DNA of 64,000 bases. Origin: an uncultured Candidatus Saccharibacteria bacterium (lineage in GTDB: Bacteria; Patescibacteriota; JAUYIX01; CAYMIK01). A program made the translations under genes and the position numbers. Within the stretch, counting starts at the first letter, position 1. The number at the start of each line of letters is the position of its first letter. The stretch is from NCBI GenBank assembly GCA_964390745.1, contig CAYMIK010000001.1, positions 48,670 to 112,669 on the forward strand, in the 5' to 3' direction. A model generated the notes under the pieces. That model made no database searches. It was not told the origin of the DNA and saw nothing but the letters and a program-made list of their open reading frames with translations. This document shows positions 31,278 to 40,611 of this stretch, piece after piece.

Positions 31278-33668
31278 ATGCCACGCAAAAGAAAAAACAG
31301 TTCCAAGATGCGAACAAGGCTTTCTGAAACGAATTCACGAAAGAAAAGCGAACCTGTGAGCCGATTTGATCTCAAACCCGAAACCAGCCGAGCTATTCTT
31401 GCGGTGGTGGTTTTCGTTTTGGCACTGATCTCGCTGCTCAGCATTTTCCACGCTGCAGGAACCTTTGGCAGACTGTGGATTCACTATGTTTCATTGCTTT
31501 TTGGAATTGGCGTGTATGTAATGCCGCTTTTGCTTGTCGCACTCGCATTTGCTATTTTGAATCTTAAAAAGTTTCCGACCAAGAAGACGACCTATCTGGG
31601 ATTTGTGTTGTTTGTTGTGGGCTTTGTTGGTTTAGCGCACCTTGCTGCAAACCAAGATCAGGCTCTGGATATTGCCGCACGGGGAACGGGCGGTGGATTT
31701 ATCGGGTATGGCATTTCTCGTCCCTTGTACCTGCTCTTTGGCGGTTGGGGAGCTTTGGTTATCCTTGTTGCGGATGTTGTTATTTCGCTCCTGTTGTTCT
31801 TCAATGAATCGATAAAGCTTATTATGGAAAAGATTCGTCTTGCAGACCGCGAGGTAGACGAAGACGAAGAAGCCGATGAAGAGAAAAAGCCTGCACTTGC
31901 ATCCGAAAAAGGACAGCCCAAGATGCGAATTTTGGATTTCAAAGATAAGATGGCCAAGAAAAAGGAAGACAACGTGAAGGTTTTGGAGATGCGCGAGAAG
32001 GGAAAAGAAGAAAGCTTTGGTCCTGCTATTGAAACGAAGAAAAATCGTGATATTAACTGGGAGTTTCCACCACTCAAGCTATTGGATGATGCATTGGATC
32101 GCCCTTCTTCGGGAGATATTAAGAGCAACGCGAAAATTATTCAGGATACTTTGGCCAACTTCGGTATAAATGTTGAGATGGGCGATGTTTCTGTTGGGCC
32201 AACCGTAACGCAGTATACCTTGCGTCCTGAAGCGGGAACCAAACTTTCAAAAATTGTAGCCTTGCAAAACGATTTGGCTTTGGCTTTGGCCGCTCACCCT
32301 ATTCGAATTGAAGCTCCTATTCCTGGAAAGTCTGTTGTGGGTATCGAAATTCCGAATGTTACTATTGCCACGGTCCGTATTCGTGAACTTTTGGAAAGCA
32401 AAGAATTTCACCAGGCCAAAGGTGACCTCTTGTTCCCACTTGGTCGCGATGTTTCTGGTGTGCCCATTGTCTCTACCGTTGAAAAGATGCCACACTTGTT
32501 GATCGCTGGTGCTACGGGTTCTGGTAAGTCTGTTGCCATTAACGCGCTGCTCATTAGCTTGCTCTACCACAACACTCCAGAAGATTTGAAACTTATTCTG
32601 GTTGACCCAAAACGCGTGGAACTTTCACACTACAACGATATACCGCACCTGCTTACACCCGTTATAACCGAAGCAAAGAAAACGGTGAACTCATTGAAGT
32701 GGATCGTGGGCGAAATGGATCGACGATACAAACTCTTGCAGGCACACGGTGCTCGAAACATCCAAAGCTACAACGAGAAAAATACCGAAAGTCATTTGCC
32801 AAAAATTGTTTTGGTCATTGATGAGTTGGCGGATCTCATGGCGGTTGCAGCACGCGAAGTAGAAGCTTCCATTGTTCGTTTGGCGCAAATGGCTCGTGCG
32901 GTGGGTATTCACTTGGTAGTAGCAACCCAGCGTCCTTCCGTTGATGTTATTACGGGTCTTATCAAGGCAAACATCCCAACACGTATTGCCTTTAGCGTGG
33001 CTTCTTCGGTAGATTCGCGAACTATTTTGGATACCGTAGGTGCTGATAAGTTGCTTGGAAATGGTGACATGCTGTATCTCCCGCAGGAACTTTCGAAACC
33101 AAAACGTATTCAGGGCGCATTCGTCAGTGAAGGTGAAGTCGAAAAAGTTACGGACTTTTTGAAGAACAAGCGCGAACCAGAATATGTTGAAGAGGTTACG
33201 GCAAAACAAGGCGCTGTTCCTGGAATCCCAGGAAGCGGTGACGAAGCTGACGATGACTTGTACGGCGAAGCAAAGCAGGTTGTTATTGAAATGGGTAAGG
33301 CTTCGGCTTCATTGTTACAACGACGTTTGCGCGTTGGATATGCTCGTGCTGCTCGCTTGATCGACCTTCTTGAGCAAAATGGTGTTGTTGGCCCAGGCGA
33401 AGGTGCAAAACCACGTGAGATTTTGATTGGCCAAGAAGGTGAAAATCTTGCAACCGTTTCTGATGGCGAAGGATTTGATGCGCACGATGGAGAGAAGCCT
33501 CGAATTGCTGAGGATGATGCAATGGAGAACGAAGAGTCACGTGATAGCTCGAACCATACAGAAGAACGGGAACCTACCCAAGAAACGCAAGAGTCACCCG
33601 AAGAAGACAACGATACGCCACCCGATGAAGATGACGATAACAACAACTCATCACGAAGAGACTGGTAA
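31278..33668 (+). CDS. ftsK: DNA translocase FtsK/SpoIIIE
   Basis: N-terminal TM helices, Walker A GATGSGKS, LVVATQRPSVDVITG, C-terminal gamma-like domain. 796 aa. Confidence 0.9.
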   Translation: MPRKRKNSSKMRTRLSETNSRKKSEPVSRFDLKPETSRAILAVVVFVLALISLLSIFHAAGTFGRLWIHYVSLLFGIGVYVMPLLLVALAFAILNLKKFPTKKTTYLGFVLFVVGFVGLAHLAANQDQALDIAARGTGGGFIGYGISRPLYLLFGGWGALVILVADVVISLLLFFNESIKLIMEKIRLADREVDEDEEADEEKKPALASEKGQPKMRILDFKDKMAKKKEDNVKVLEMREKGKEESFGPAIETKKNRDINWEFPPLKLLDDALDRPSSGDIKSNAKIIQDTLANFGINVEMGDVSVGPTVTQYTLRPEAGTKLSKIVALQNDLALALAAHPIRIEAPIPGKSVVGIEIPNVTIATVRIRELLESKEFHQAKGDLLFPLGRDVSGVPIVSTVEKMPHLLIAGATGSGKSVAINALLISLLYHNTPEDLKLILVDPKRVELSHYNDIPHLLTPVITEAKKTVNSLKWIVGEMDRRYKLLQAHGARNIQSYNEKNTESHLPKIVLVIDELADLMAVAAREVEASIVRLAQMARAVGIHLVVATQRPSVDVITGLIKANIPTRIAFSVASSVDSRTILDTVGADKLLGNGDMLYLPQELSKPKRIQGAFVSEGEVEKVTDFLKNKREPEYVEEVTAKQGAVPGIPGSGDEADDDLYGEAKQVVIEMGKASASLLQRRLRVGYARAARLIDLLEQNGVVGPGEGAKPREILIGQEGENLATVSDGEGFDAHDGEKPRIAEDDAMENEESRDSSNHTEEREPTQETQESPEEDNDTPPDEDDDNNNSSRRDW

Positions 33669-35143
33669 TGTCGATTGAAGACTATCTCACAAGGCCGCCC
33701 GTACCCGAAGACGATGCAAATCTTCCGGAGGTTCATGAACCTGTAGATACTCGCTGGTATTCTCGAATGGAGCAGTATGGCACATTCGAAGATTTTGCGT
33801 ACCTTGATGGGGCTGGATGGCGTCGTGAAGAAGAAAAACAAAAGTTCCTTGCCGGCGAAACAGAAAATCCTATGCTGGACTATCCAAAGATTCGTCCAGA
33901 GTTTTTGCATAATCGTTTGGTGAATCTTGTAATGCTGCGGGAAGAGATTGAAGCAGAAGAGCAAGATCCCTACGTGAAAAGTGAGTATCTTGCAAAGATC
34001 AATCATCGCCTTGCCGAAGCTACTATGCTCCAGGCAACACTTCGTGGAGACATGGAACAATTTGATGAGTGCAGCAAGTTTATCTACGGTGACCCATCGC
34101 CAGAAATCTTTTCATACTTTGTTCACCGCAGAAGGGAACAGGCAAAGAAGCTTCTCGAGAGTCCCGATGAATTCAAAAGAGCGGCTGCGCAAGATTTTCT
34201 TGATTCGTTTCCCGATGTTGAGAAACCAGACCTCGAACCGGTTCCGGCAGAGTTTGTGAAGAAGGTTGGAGAACAAGTACATACGGAGCTACGAGAAGTC
34301 TGGGGAGTTGATGCAAAAGAAGGCGAAAGAGAGTATGCCTCCGAAGAAGTTCTAGAACTCGTCGAAGAGTTGCTTCAAAAACTTGAAGCAGAAGGATGGA
34401 GAGCTCGGCTCGCTGATCGGGGAGGATTCTCTATCAGCCAAGAAGAGCGGGCAGTAAATATTCCAAGGAACAAAAGGTACAAAGAAGCTGCTCTCTATGA
34501 GCTTTTGACCCATGAAATTTTGACGCATGTAGCCAAGCGTGTCATTGGTGCGCGCACGAATATTCAGCTTTATCAAATCGGCTCTGATGATTACGATATC
34601 GGCGAGGAGGGCCTTACGACGCTGAGGCAGTCAGCGCTGTTTGGTAAGTACAAAGAATATGCGGGTGGCGAAAACTATGTAGGAATATCGGTGGCACGTG
34701 GATTTGAAAGACAGGAAGATGGTTCTATTCAGGCAACCCACCCACGAGATTTTCGTGAGACATTCGATATGATGAAAAAGTATTCAAAGGTTGGTTTGCT
34801 GATAGACAATCCAAAGATATCCGAGCAAGATCTCGAAAAACAATCCAAGGACGCTGCTTGGACGAGATGCGTGCGAACATTCCGTGGAACAGATTGCAAA
34901 ACCAAGGGTGTATGTCTGAATCGTGACTTATTTTACGCCGATGGAAATATAAAGATGTGGCGACTCTTTCAAGAGAACGGCGAAAACAGCATTCCATACA
35001 CCATGGCGATCTCTATGATTGGAAAAACAAATCCTACAAACCCGCAAACCCTCAAAGCAGGCTCGCATTTTAACCTCATGATGGTTCGTTTTCAGCGAGA
35101 CGCCACCAATGCAGAGGTGCAGGCGCTCCGACATCCCCAATAG
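33668..35143 (+). CDS. Putative HExxH zinc metallopeptidase-like protein (DUF1704/QEGLA-like), translationally coupled to ftsK
   Basis: 491 aa. ELLTHEILTHVAKR carries HExxH. DIGEEGLTT resembles the QEGLA motif of the DUF1704 family. Start overlaps the ftsK stop (TAATG). Confidence 0.5.
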   Translation: MSIEDYLTRPPVPEDDANLPEVHEPVDTRWYSRMEQYGTFEDFAYLDGAGWRREEEKQKFLAGETENPMLDYPKIRPEFLHNRLVNLVMLREEIEAEEQDPYVKSEYLAKINHRLAEATMLQATLRGDMEQFDECSKFIYGDPSPEIFSYFVHRRREQAKKLLESPDEFKRAAAQDFLDSFPDVEKPDLEPVPAEFVKKVGEQVHTELREVWGVDAKEGEREYASEEVLELVEELLQKLEAEGWRARLADRGGFSISQEERAVNIPRNKRYKEAALYELLTHEILTHVAKRVIGARTNIQLYQIGSDDYDIGEEGLTTLRQSALFGKYKEYAGGENYVGISVARGFERQEDGSIQATHPRDFRETFDMMKKYSKVGLLIDNPKISEQDLEKQSKDAAWTRCVRTFRGTDCKTKGVCLNRDLFYADGNIKMWRLFQENGENSIPYTMAISMIGKTNPTNPQTLKAGSHFNLMMVRFQRDATNAEVQALRHPQ

Positions 35144-35224
35144 GTTTTCGCAGCTTTTTACCCCGATTTTAGGCTAAAAAGAGGCTCATTTGATTGTGGA
35201 AACCTTTTTATGCTATAATAGATA

Positions 35225-35335
35225 GGTCAAATTCAGAAAACGAGTGGCCCCAAAGGCCATTTTTGTTTTTCTGCCTCTTTTGAACAACTAGGCAGATGTG
35301 AAAAAAAGCCAAGAAACATTTCTTGGCATCTTTGC
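35225..35335. terminator. Convergent terminators between HExxH gene (+) and gpmI (-)
   Basis: TGGCCCCAAAGGCCA followed by TTTTTGTTTTT for the plus strand. GCCAAGAAATGTTTCTTGGC followed by TTTTTTT, read on the minus strand, for gpmI. Confidence 0.6.
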
Positions 35336-35354
35336 TTTGAGGTGTCTACGTGTG

Positions 35355-36968
35355 TTAGGCGAATATTAAATTCGCTGAATTCTGTGGTACCAGATTTGGA
35401 AGCAGTGAGGTCCCCGACATCTGTGCTGGTTTTGGGACACCCATGATATCTAAAATAGTTGGTGCAACATCGGCCAAAATGCCTGCAGGCGTGAGCCAGC
35501 CTTCATAGACATCATCGAGGTTTTGTGGCTCTTGTAAACCATTGTATGACGAGATCATAATCAGCGGCACAGGGTTCGATGTGTGTTCTTTGTCGATTTG
35601 CCCGGTCTGTGGATCAATCTTTTGTTCGGCGTTTCCATGGTCGCCGGTTATGAGCACAACGCCACCAAGCCCAGTTACAAGTTCGGTAAGTCGTCCGATT
35701 TGTCCATCAAGGGTTTCGAGAGCTTCAATGGTTGCTGGCAAATTTCCCGTGTGGCCAACCATGTCAGGGTTGGCGTAGTTGATGACAACGAAATCGTAGT
35801 ACCCGCGCTTTATCGCATCAAAAGTCTTATCCGTTATCTCGTAGGCGCTCATACCGGGAACGGTGGAGTAGTCAGCAACGGGCTTGGATGGAACCAAGAT
35901 TCTATCTTCGTTCAAGAAGGGTTTTTCTTCGCCACCGTTAAAAAAGTAGGTAACGTGCGCGTACTTTTCTGTTTCGGCAACGTGCAATTGACGGAATCCA
36001 CGTTCTGATAATGTTTTTGCTAAAGGACTTTCTACCTTCGGGTTTGGAAAGGCAACTTGTACTGGCATGGCTTCTTCGTATTCTGTCATCGTGACAAAAT
36101 AGAGAGAGCGCACGTATCGAGCACGATTAAATTTTTCGAAACCCGGAAGCGCAATGGCCTTGGTTAGTTCGCGTGCGCGGTCTGCGCGGAAGTTGAAAAA
36201 CACGGCAGCATCACCATCTTGGATTCTGGTAAGTGGTGCTCCGTTGCTTTGCATGATAACGGTTGGTTCGAGTTGTTCATCAAAAATATTTTGTGCATAA
36301 CTTGAACGAATCGCATCAAGTGGGTCAGTGGCTTGAACACCAACGCCTTCTGCTATGGCATTGTAAGCTTTCTCAACGCGATCCCAGTTGTTGTTTCGGT
36401 CCATCGCAAAGTAGCGTCCGGAAAGTGACGCGATCTGACCCACGCCGATTCGTTTTATTTCCTCCAGAAGTTTTTCGATGTACTGCGAAGCTGAATTGTA
36501 TGGAGTGTCACGGCCGTCAAGAATGGCATGAACAAAAACATTCTTTAAGTCCTGTTGCTTGGCAAATTCCAAAAGGGCGACACAGTGGTCAAAGCTTGCG
36601 TGAACGCCGCCGGGGGAGACGAGACCAATAATATGAAAAGCAGAATTATTTTTTTTGACCTGTTGCGCAGCTTTTTTGAATTCTTTGTTTTCGAAGAATG
36701 ATCCATCGTCAATGGCCATATTGATACGAGGCTCATTTTGATAGAGTATAGTTCCCGCACCAATGGTTTGATGGCCCACTTCGGAGTTTCCCGGGTCGCC
36801 CCAAGGAAGTCCTACGGAAATTCCGGCAGCTTGCAATGAGACACTTGGGAAAAACGAAAAATAGCTCTCCAGATTGGGCATTTTGGCGAGTCGAATAGCG
36901 TTTCCTTCATTTTTTGGTCCACAGCCGAAACCATCCAGGACCATGAGAACGACCGGCTTGGGTCGCAT
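35355..36968 (-). CDS. gpmI: 2,3-bisphosphoglycerate-independent phosphoglycerate mutase
   Basis: MRPKPVVLMVLDGFGCGPK...SEVGHQTIGAG and 537 aa are typical of iPGM. Confidence 0.9.
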   Translation of the reverse strand: MRPKPVVLMVLDGFGCGPKNEGNAIRLAKMPNLESYFSFFPSVSLQAAGISVGLPWGDPGNSEVGHQTIGAGTILYQNEPRINMAIDDGSFFENKEFKKAAQQVKKNNSAFHIIGLVSPGGVHASFDHCVALLEFAKQQDLKNVFVHAILDGRDTPYNSASQYIEKLLEEIKRIGVGQIASLSGRYFAMDRNNNWDRVEKAYNAIAEGVGVQATDPLDAIRSSYAQNIFDEQLEPTVIMQSNGAPLTRIQDGDAAVFFNFRADRARELTKAIALPGFEKFNRARYVRSLYFVTMTEYEEAMPVQVAFPNPKVESPLAKTLSERGFRQLHVAETEKYAHVTYFFNGGEEKPFLNEDRILVPSKPVADYSTVPGMSAYEITDKTFDAIKRGYYDFVVINYANPDMVGHTGNLPATIEALETLDGQIGRLTELVTGLGGVVLITGDHGNAEQKIDPQTGQIDKEHTSNPVPLIMISSYNGLQEPQNLDDVYEGWLTPAGILADVAPTILDIMGVPKPAQMSGTSLLPNLVPQNSANLIFA

Positions 36969-37068
36969 TGTTTTTCCGCTCCTTTCGTGCAGGAATTATA
37001 CCATAAAATAAGCCACTACTTCTGGTGGTCCAAGAAGGGAGAGCCCCACTTGGGTCAGCTCAAAAGCG

Positions 37069-38151
37069 CTATTTCTGCTTCTTCGATAGCAACTTCCTTA
37101 AATCCTTTTTCTTTGTGAGAATGTCAGCCCAAGCATCACCTGATTTTTCGAGTATGTTTGGCACATTTGCCATGGTGAAATCTTTTGGTGAAACGGTTTC
37201 CAGCTGCTTCCAGGAAACCGGCATTGAAACAGTAGCATCTTTGTAGGCGCGGACACTGTAGATAGAAGCGAGCGTCTTTCCTAGAGAGTTTTGGTTGAAG
37301 TCAAAAAAGATTTTTCCACGACGCTTCGGTACAGACCACTCCATTGTAATCTTTTTGGGGTCAGACTGAAGTATAAAGTTTCCAATTTCTCGTGCCATCT
37401 CTCGCGTTTCTTCGTAGGTTACGTCTCGTTTTATTGGAGTGTAGATATGGATGCCAGTTTTTCCAGAAAGCTTCACGAACGGTGTGAGTTGTAGCTGTTT
37501 CATAACATCGTACACTTTGAATGCTACCTCACGAGTTGCTTCAAAAGACTTTTTATTGCGCTCGGGTTCAGCATGGGCCTTCTCTTTGCCCGAATATATA
37601 TAGGGATCCAGGTCAAAGACCATAAAATCTGGATAGTTCAAAATACTTTTCCGAACATTCTCTTTTGAACTGGTAAATTTTGTTGGTTTCTTTGCAGCGT
37701 CGGGCGCACTCGTATTCATTCGCGAGTACCATGGGTGAAAATCAACTATACCAAGCTGAACGAACCACAGAATGGTTTGAAGGTTTTCAACAAGAAAGAA
37801 CGGGAAGTCCGATTCTTTGTCTCCCGAGAACATGTCGAATGTTTTTACGAACTTTGGCACCTCGCTTTGCGGGTGTTTTTGAAAGAACGATAAACCCGTA
37901 ACACCATGCGGATATCGAACTACTGTCACGGGCCGATCTTTGAGGTGGGGTAACAAGTATGGCGAAACATTTGTGTAGTACGCAAGAAGCTCGCGTTTCG
38001 TATACCCCCTGCTTTCTCTGGTCTTGGGCCAAAATGGTTTATCGAGATGTGTCACCTCAATATGATCAGAACCAATCTTTAGCGAGCCGCCCTCATTGGG
38101 CAGCTCTTTGAGTTGTTGTAAGGTCGCTTTTGCAACTTTCTTAGAAGTCAT
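37069..38151 (-). CDS. NHEJ DNA polymerase/primase (LigD polymerase domain, stand-alone)
   Basis: 360 aa. LigD PolDom-like conserved blocks (VTHLDKPFWP, YYTNVSPYLLPHLKDRP, VDFHPW, FDLDP). 4-nt overlap with the upstream ligase gene. Confidence 0.75.
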   Translation of the reverse strand: MTSKKVAKATLQQLKELPNEGGSLKIGSDHIEVTHLDKPFWPKTRESRGYTKRELLAYYTNVSPYLLPHLKDRPVTVVRYPHGVTGLSFFQKHPQSEVPKFVKTFDMFSGDKESDFPFFLVENLQTILWFVQLGIVDFHPWYSRMNTSAPDAAKKPTKFTSSKENVRKSILNYPDFMVFDLDPYIYSGKEKAHAEPERNKKSFEATREVAFKVYDVMKQLQLTPFVKLSGKTGIHIYTPIKRDVTYEETREMAREIGNFILQSDPKKITMEWSVPKRRGKIFFDFNQNSLGKTLASIYSVRAYKDATVSMPVSWKQLETVSPKDFTMANVPNILEKSGDAWADILTKKKDLRKLLSKKQK

Positions 38152-39158
38152 TTTGGCCTTTCGAGGATTACGTCTTTTGGCTTTTTATCAACACGAAGCC
38201 CCACAAAAACGGGCTTGCGAAGTTTCACGTCACGTGTAACTTCGGCATATTTTACCTCGCACACAAACTGCGGGCGCATCCAGTGTGGGCGCGCGGCCAT
38301 GAGTCCGTAAGTTTCAAAGGGGGAGGTTTGACGTTCCAGTTTTCGAAATTTTTTCATGAGGTCCAGAAGCATCTGGTCATTAAAACCCGTACCAACATTT
38401 CCCATGTGGATGAGTTTCTTGGTTTTTGGATCATGTGTTCCAAGAATCAGCGCGCCAAAGACATCGTTTCGAGCACCTTTGCCTTCTGTCCAGCCACAAA
38501 TAATAAATTCTTGTTGGTTATTACCTTTTATCTTTTGCCAGATTCGTGTTCCTGCAACGTATTCGCTCTCGGCATGTTTTGCAACCATTCCTTCGAAACC
38601 TTTTTGCATCATGAGCCTGAAAAACTTCTTTCCTGTTTTTGGAACCGCCGGAACAAATTGCACCAAACCTTTTTTGGGTACGACTCTCTCAAGAAAGTTT
38701 TTTCGCTCAATAAACGGGACACGAACAAAGCTTCGTCCTTCGAAGTAGGGAAGATCAAAGACGAAAAAAGCGACAGGATGCTTGGTGACCAGTGTGGAAA
38801 TATCTTCATCGGTTCCAATGCCAAGCCGTGGTTGAATGTCTTGAAAGCCCAAGATATTCGTATTCGAGATTGCGGTAATCTCGCCGTCCAAAACAAAGTT
38901 TTTGTAAGGAAGTCTGGCGACCGCTGCGGCAATTTCCGGAAACTGATAGGAAATATCATTTCCACGACGCGTAACGAGTGAAACCTTGGGCCCTTTCTTG
39001 AATGCAAGCGCACGAACACCATCAAACTTTACTTCAAAGAAAGTTTCAGCGTCATCAAATGGTTCGGCAATGAGCTGACACAGTGCTGGCACAAAAAACT
39101 TGGGATAAGCGGCCCGTTTTGCAAGAGATGGAGAAAGTTTTTTGTGAGCCACAGCCAT
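38148..39158 (-). CDS. ligD: ATP-dependent DNA ligase (LigD ligase domain, stand-alone)
   Basis: 336 aa. Adenylation motif I EVKFDGVR, an OB-fold domain, and EG(M/I)VAK motif. Confidence 0.8.
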   Translation of the reverse strand: MAVAHKKLSPSLAKRAAYPKFFVPALCQLIAEPFDDAETFFEVKFDGVRALAFKKGPKVSLVTRRGNDISYQFPEIAAAVARLPYKNFVLDGEITAISNTNILGFQDIQPRLGIGTDEDISTLVTKHPVAFFVFDLPYFEGRSFVRVPFIERKNFLERVVPKKGLVQFVPAVPKTGKKFFRLMMQKGFEGMVAKHAESEYVAGTRIWQKIKGNNQQEFIICGWTEGKGARNDVFGALILGTHDPKTKKLIHMGNVGTGFNDQMLLDLMKKFRKLERQTSPFETYGLMAARPHWMRPQFVCEVKYAEVTRDVKLRKPVFVGLRVDKKPKDVILERPK

Positions 39159-39161
39159 ATA

Positions 39162-39941
39162 TTACTTCGCTACCTTTAAGCTTTCTTGCAAGATGCTCAT
39201 TAGGTCACCAACTTCTACCTTCTTTACGCTCTTGGTTTCTTTTGGAACCTTCAATTTGCCATGACGCTTCTTCTCGATGAGTGCCAACAGTCGTTTCTTG
39301 TAGGTGTCAGTATATTTCGTGGCATCAAACTTGTCAGTCATTTGAGAAATCAGCGAGTGCGCCATTTGAATTTCTTTTTTGGAAAATTCTTGTTTCGGTA
39401 TGGAAACAATTTCTTCTACCGGGCGAAGTGTTTGTGCAAAGTGCATCAGTTCCAACATGAGCGCACCCTTGCGTTCCGTGATGGCTGCTAAATGTTGTTT
39501 ATTTCGAATGACTACTTTGGCAATGCCAAGCTTATCAGAATCATGAAGTGCCTTGGCGAGCAATGAATACGCGCGTTTGCCACCAGTGTCTGGCGCAAGA
39601 GCGTAGGGTTTATCAAATAATAGTGGGTCAACCTCTGATCGATCAACGAACTCCAGGATGCTTACACTTTTTGTGAGTTCTAAGTCTGCGCGCTTAAAAT
39701 CTTTATCGTCTAAAATGACGTACTTTCCTTTTTTGTATTCATATCCTCGGACAATTTCGTCCCAAGGAATGGCACGATTGGAGTTTTGTTCCACGCGAGC
39801 AAAGTGGATGGGTTTCAAATCGGTTTTATGCAAAAAATGAAAACGCAAATTTTCTGTTTTTTGAACAGAGTGCAAAGAAACGGGTATGGAGACGAGTCCA
39901 AAACCGATGGTGCCTTTCCAGAGCGGGCGTCCAGACTTCAT
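39162..39941 (-). CDS. ku: Ku-family DNA end-binding protein
   Basis: MKSGRPLWKGTIGFGLVSIPVSLHSV... is a canonical bacterial Ku N-terminus. 259 aa with a lysine-rich tail. 3 nt upstream of the ligD start. Confidence 0.85.
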   Translation of the reverse strand: MKSGRPLWKGTIGFGLVSIPVSLHSVQKTENLRFHFLHKTDLKPIHFARVEQNSNRAIPWDEIVRGYEYKKGKYVILDDKDFKRADLELTKSVSILEFVDRSEVDPLLFDKPYALAPDTGGKRAYSLLAKALHDSDKLGIAKVVIRNKQHLAAITERKGALMLELMHFAQTLRPVEEIVSIPKQEFSKKEIQMAHSLISQMTDKFDATKYTDTYKKRLLALIEKKRHGKLKVPKETKSVKKVEVGDLMSILQESLKVAK

Positions 39942-40024
39942 ACAACCTCAAATTATTACCCTTGTATTCTAGCGCGAATCGAGAAAAATGTCTTGAGGTT
40001 GGCGATTCTCTGAGCGTAGTTATT

Positions 40025-40064
40025 TTGCAAAAAGAATCACACCGGCTCGGGGCAGCGAGCCGGT
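40025..40064 (-). terminator. Rho-independent terminator of island C gene
   Basis: Minus strand reads CACCGGCTCG-ctgccc-CGAGCCGGTG followed by TGATTCTTTTTGC. Confidence 0.7.
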
Positions 40065-40137
40065 GAAGAAGGGATGCGCGGAATTTCGCGCGATAGTACT
40101 GATTGTCATCTGGCCTGCCCGCCAGAGAGCCCAGCTC

Positions 40138-40485
40138 TCAGCCTGTACGCTGCCGCTGCTCGTTCGCCGAGCAGAGCACGGCAACGGTGCCACGCACATC
40201 GCGGAGGTGGGCCTCCGCGTTCGGCATCCTGTCCCTGATCATGAAGATCAGTTCGGGGTAGGCGGGCGTAAGCAGCGTGTCCACCTCGACGATCACGGTC
40301 GTTGCGCCCAGCATGAGCGCAGCGTTGGGACCCTGTGCGAACCGGGTCAGTACTGCCGCCAGGTTCCGTACGAGCTCCGGGCGCGCGTGGCCATCCAAAG
40401 GATCGGATGGGTCCCGGGCGATGCCCCGCAGTGAGAACCGCGGGCATCCATTTTCGAGACTTCCTTCGGGAATCGTGATTTCCAT
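40138..40485 (-). CDS. Hypothetical 115-aa cytoplasmic protein encoded in a high-GC cassette (island C)
   Basis: MEITIPEGSLENGCPRFSLRGIARDPSDPLDGHARPELVRNLAAVLTRFAQGPNAALMLGATTVIVEV... with RBS GGAGGAAA 4 nt before the ATG at 40483-40485. GC3 very high versus neighbours. Possible roadblock/LC7-like fold, a weak guess. Confidence 0.55.
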   Translation of the reverse strand: MEITIPEGSLENGCPRFSLRGIARDPSDPLDGHARPELVRNLAAVLTRFAQGPNAALMLGATTVIVEVDTLLTPAYPELIFMIRDRMPNAEAHLRDVRGTVAVLCSANEQRQRTG

Positions 40486-40513
40486 CGTTTCCTCCAAACA
40501 CGGGGTTTAACTC

Positions 40514-40542
40514 AGTATATGAAGGCATTAGCATCCTGTCAA
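40514..40542 (-). promoter_or_regulatory. Near-consensus sigma70 promoter for island C gene (TTGACA-17-TATACT)
   Basis: Minus strand reads tgttcaTTGACAggatgctaatgccttcaTATACTgagtt, about 25 nt upstream of the RBS. Confidence 0.55.
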
Positions 40543-40611
40543 TGAACACAAAAAGAGTTCAGCGATCATGGTTGCCCAAAAGAAAGATCCAGGGTATAAT
40601 TTACAAACATC

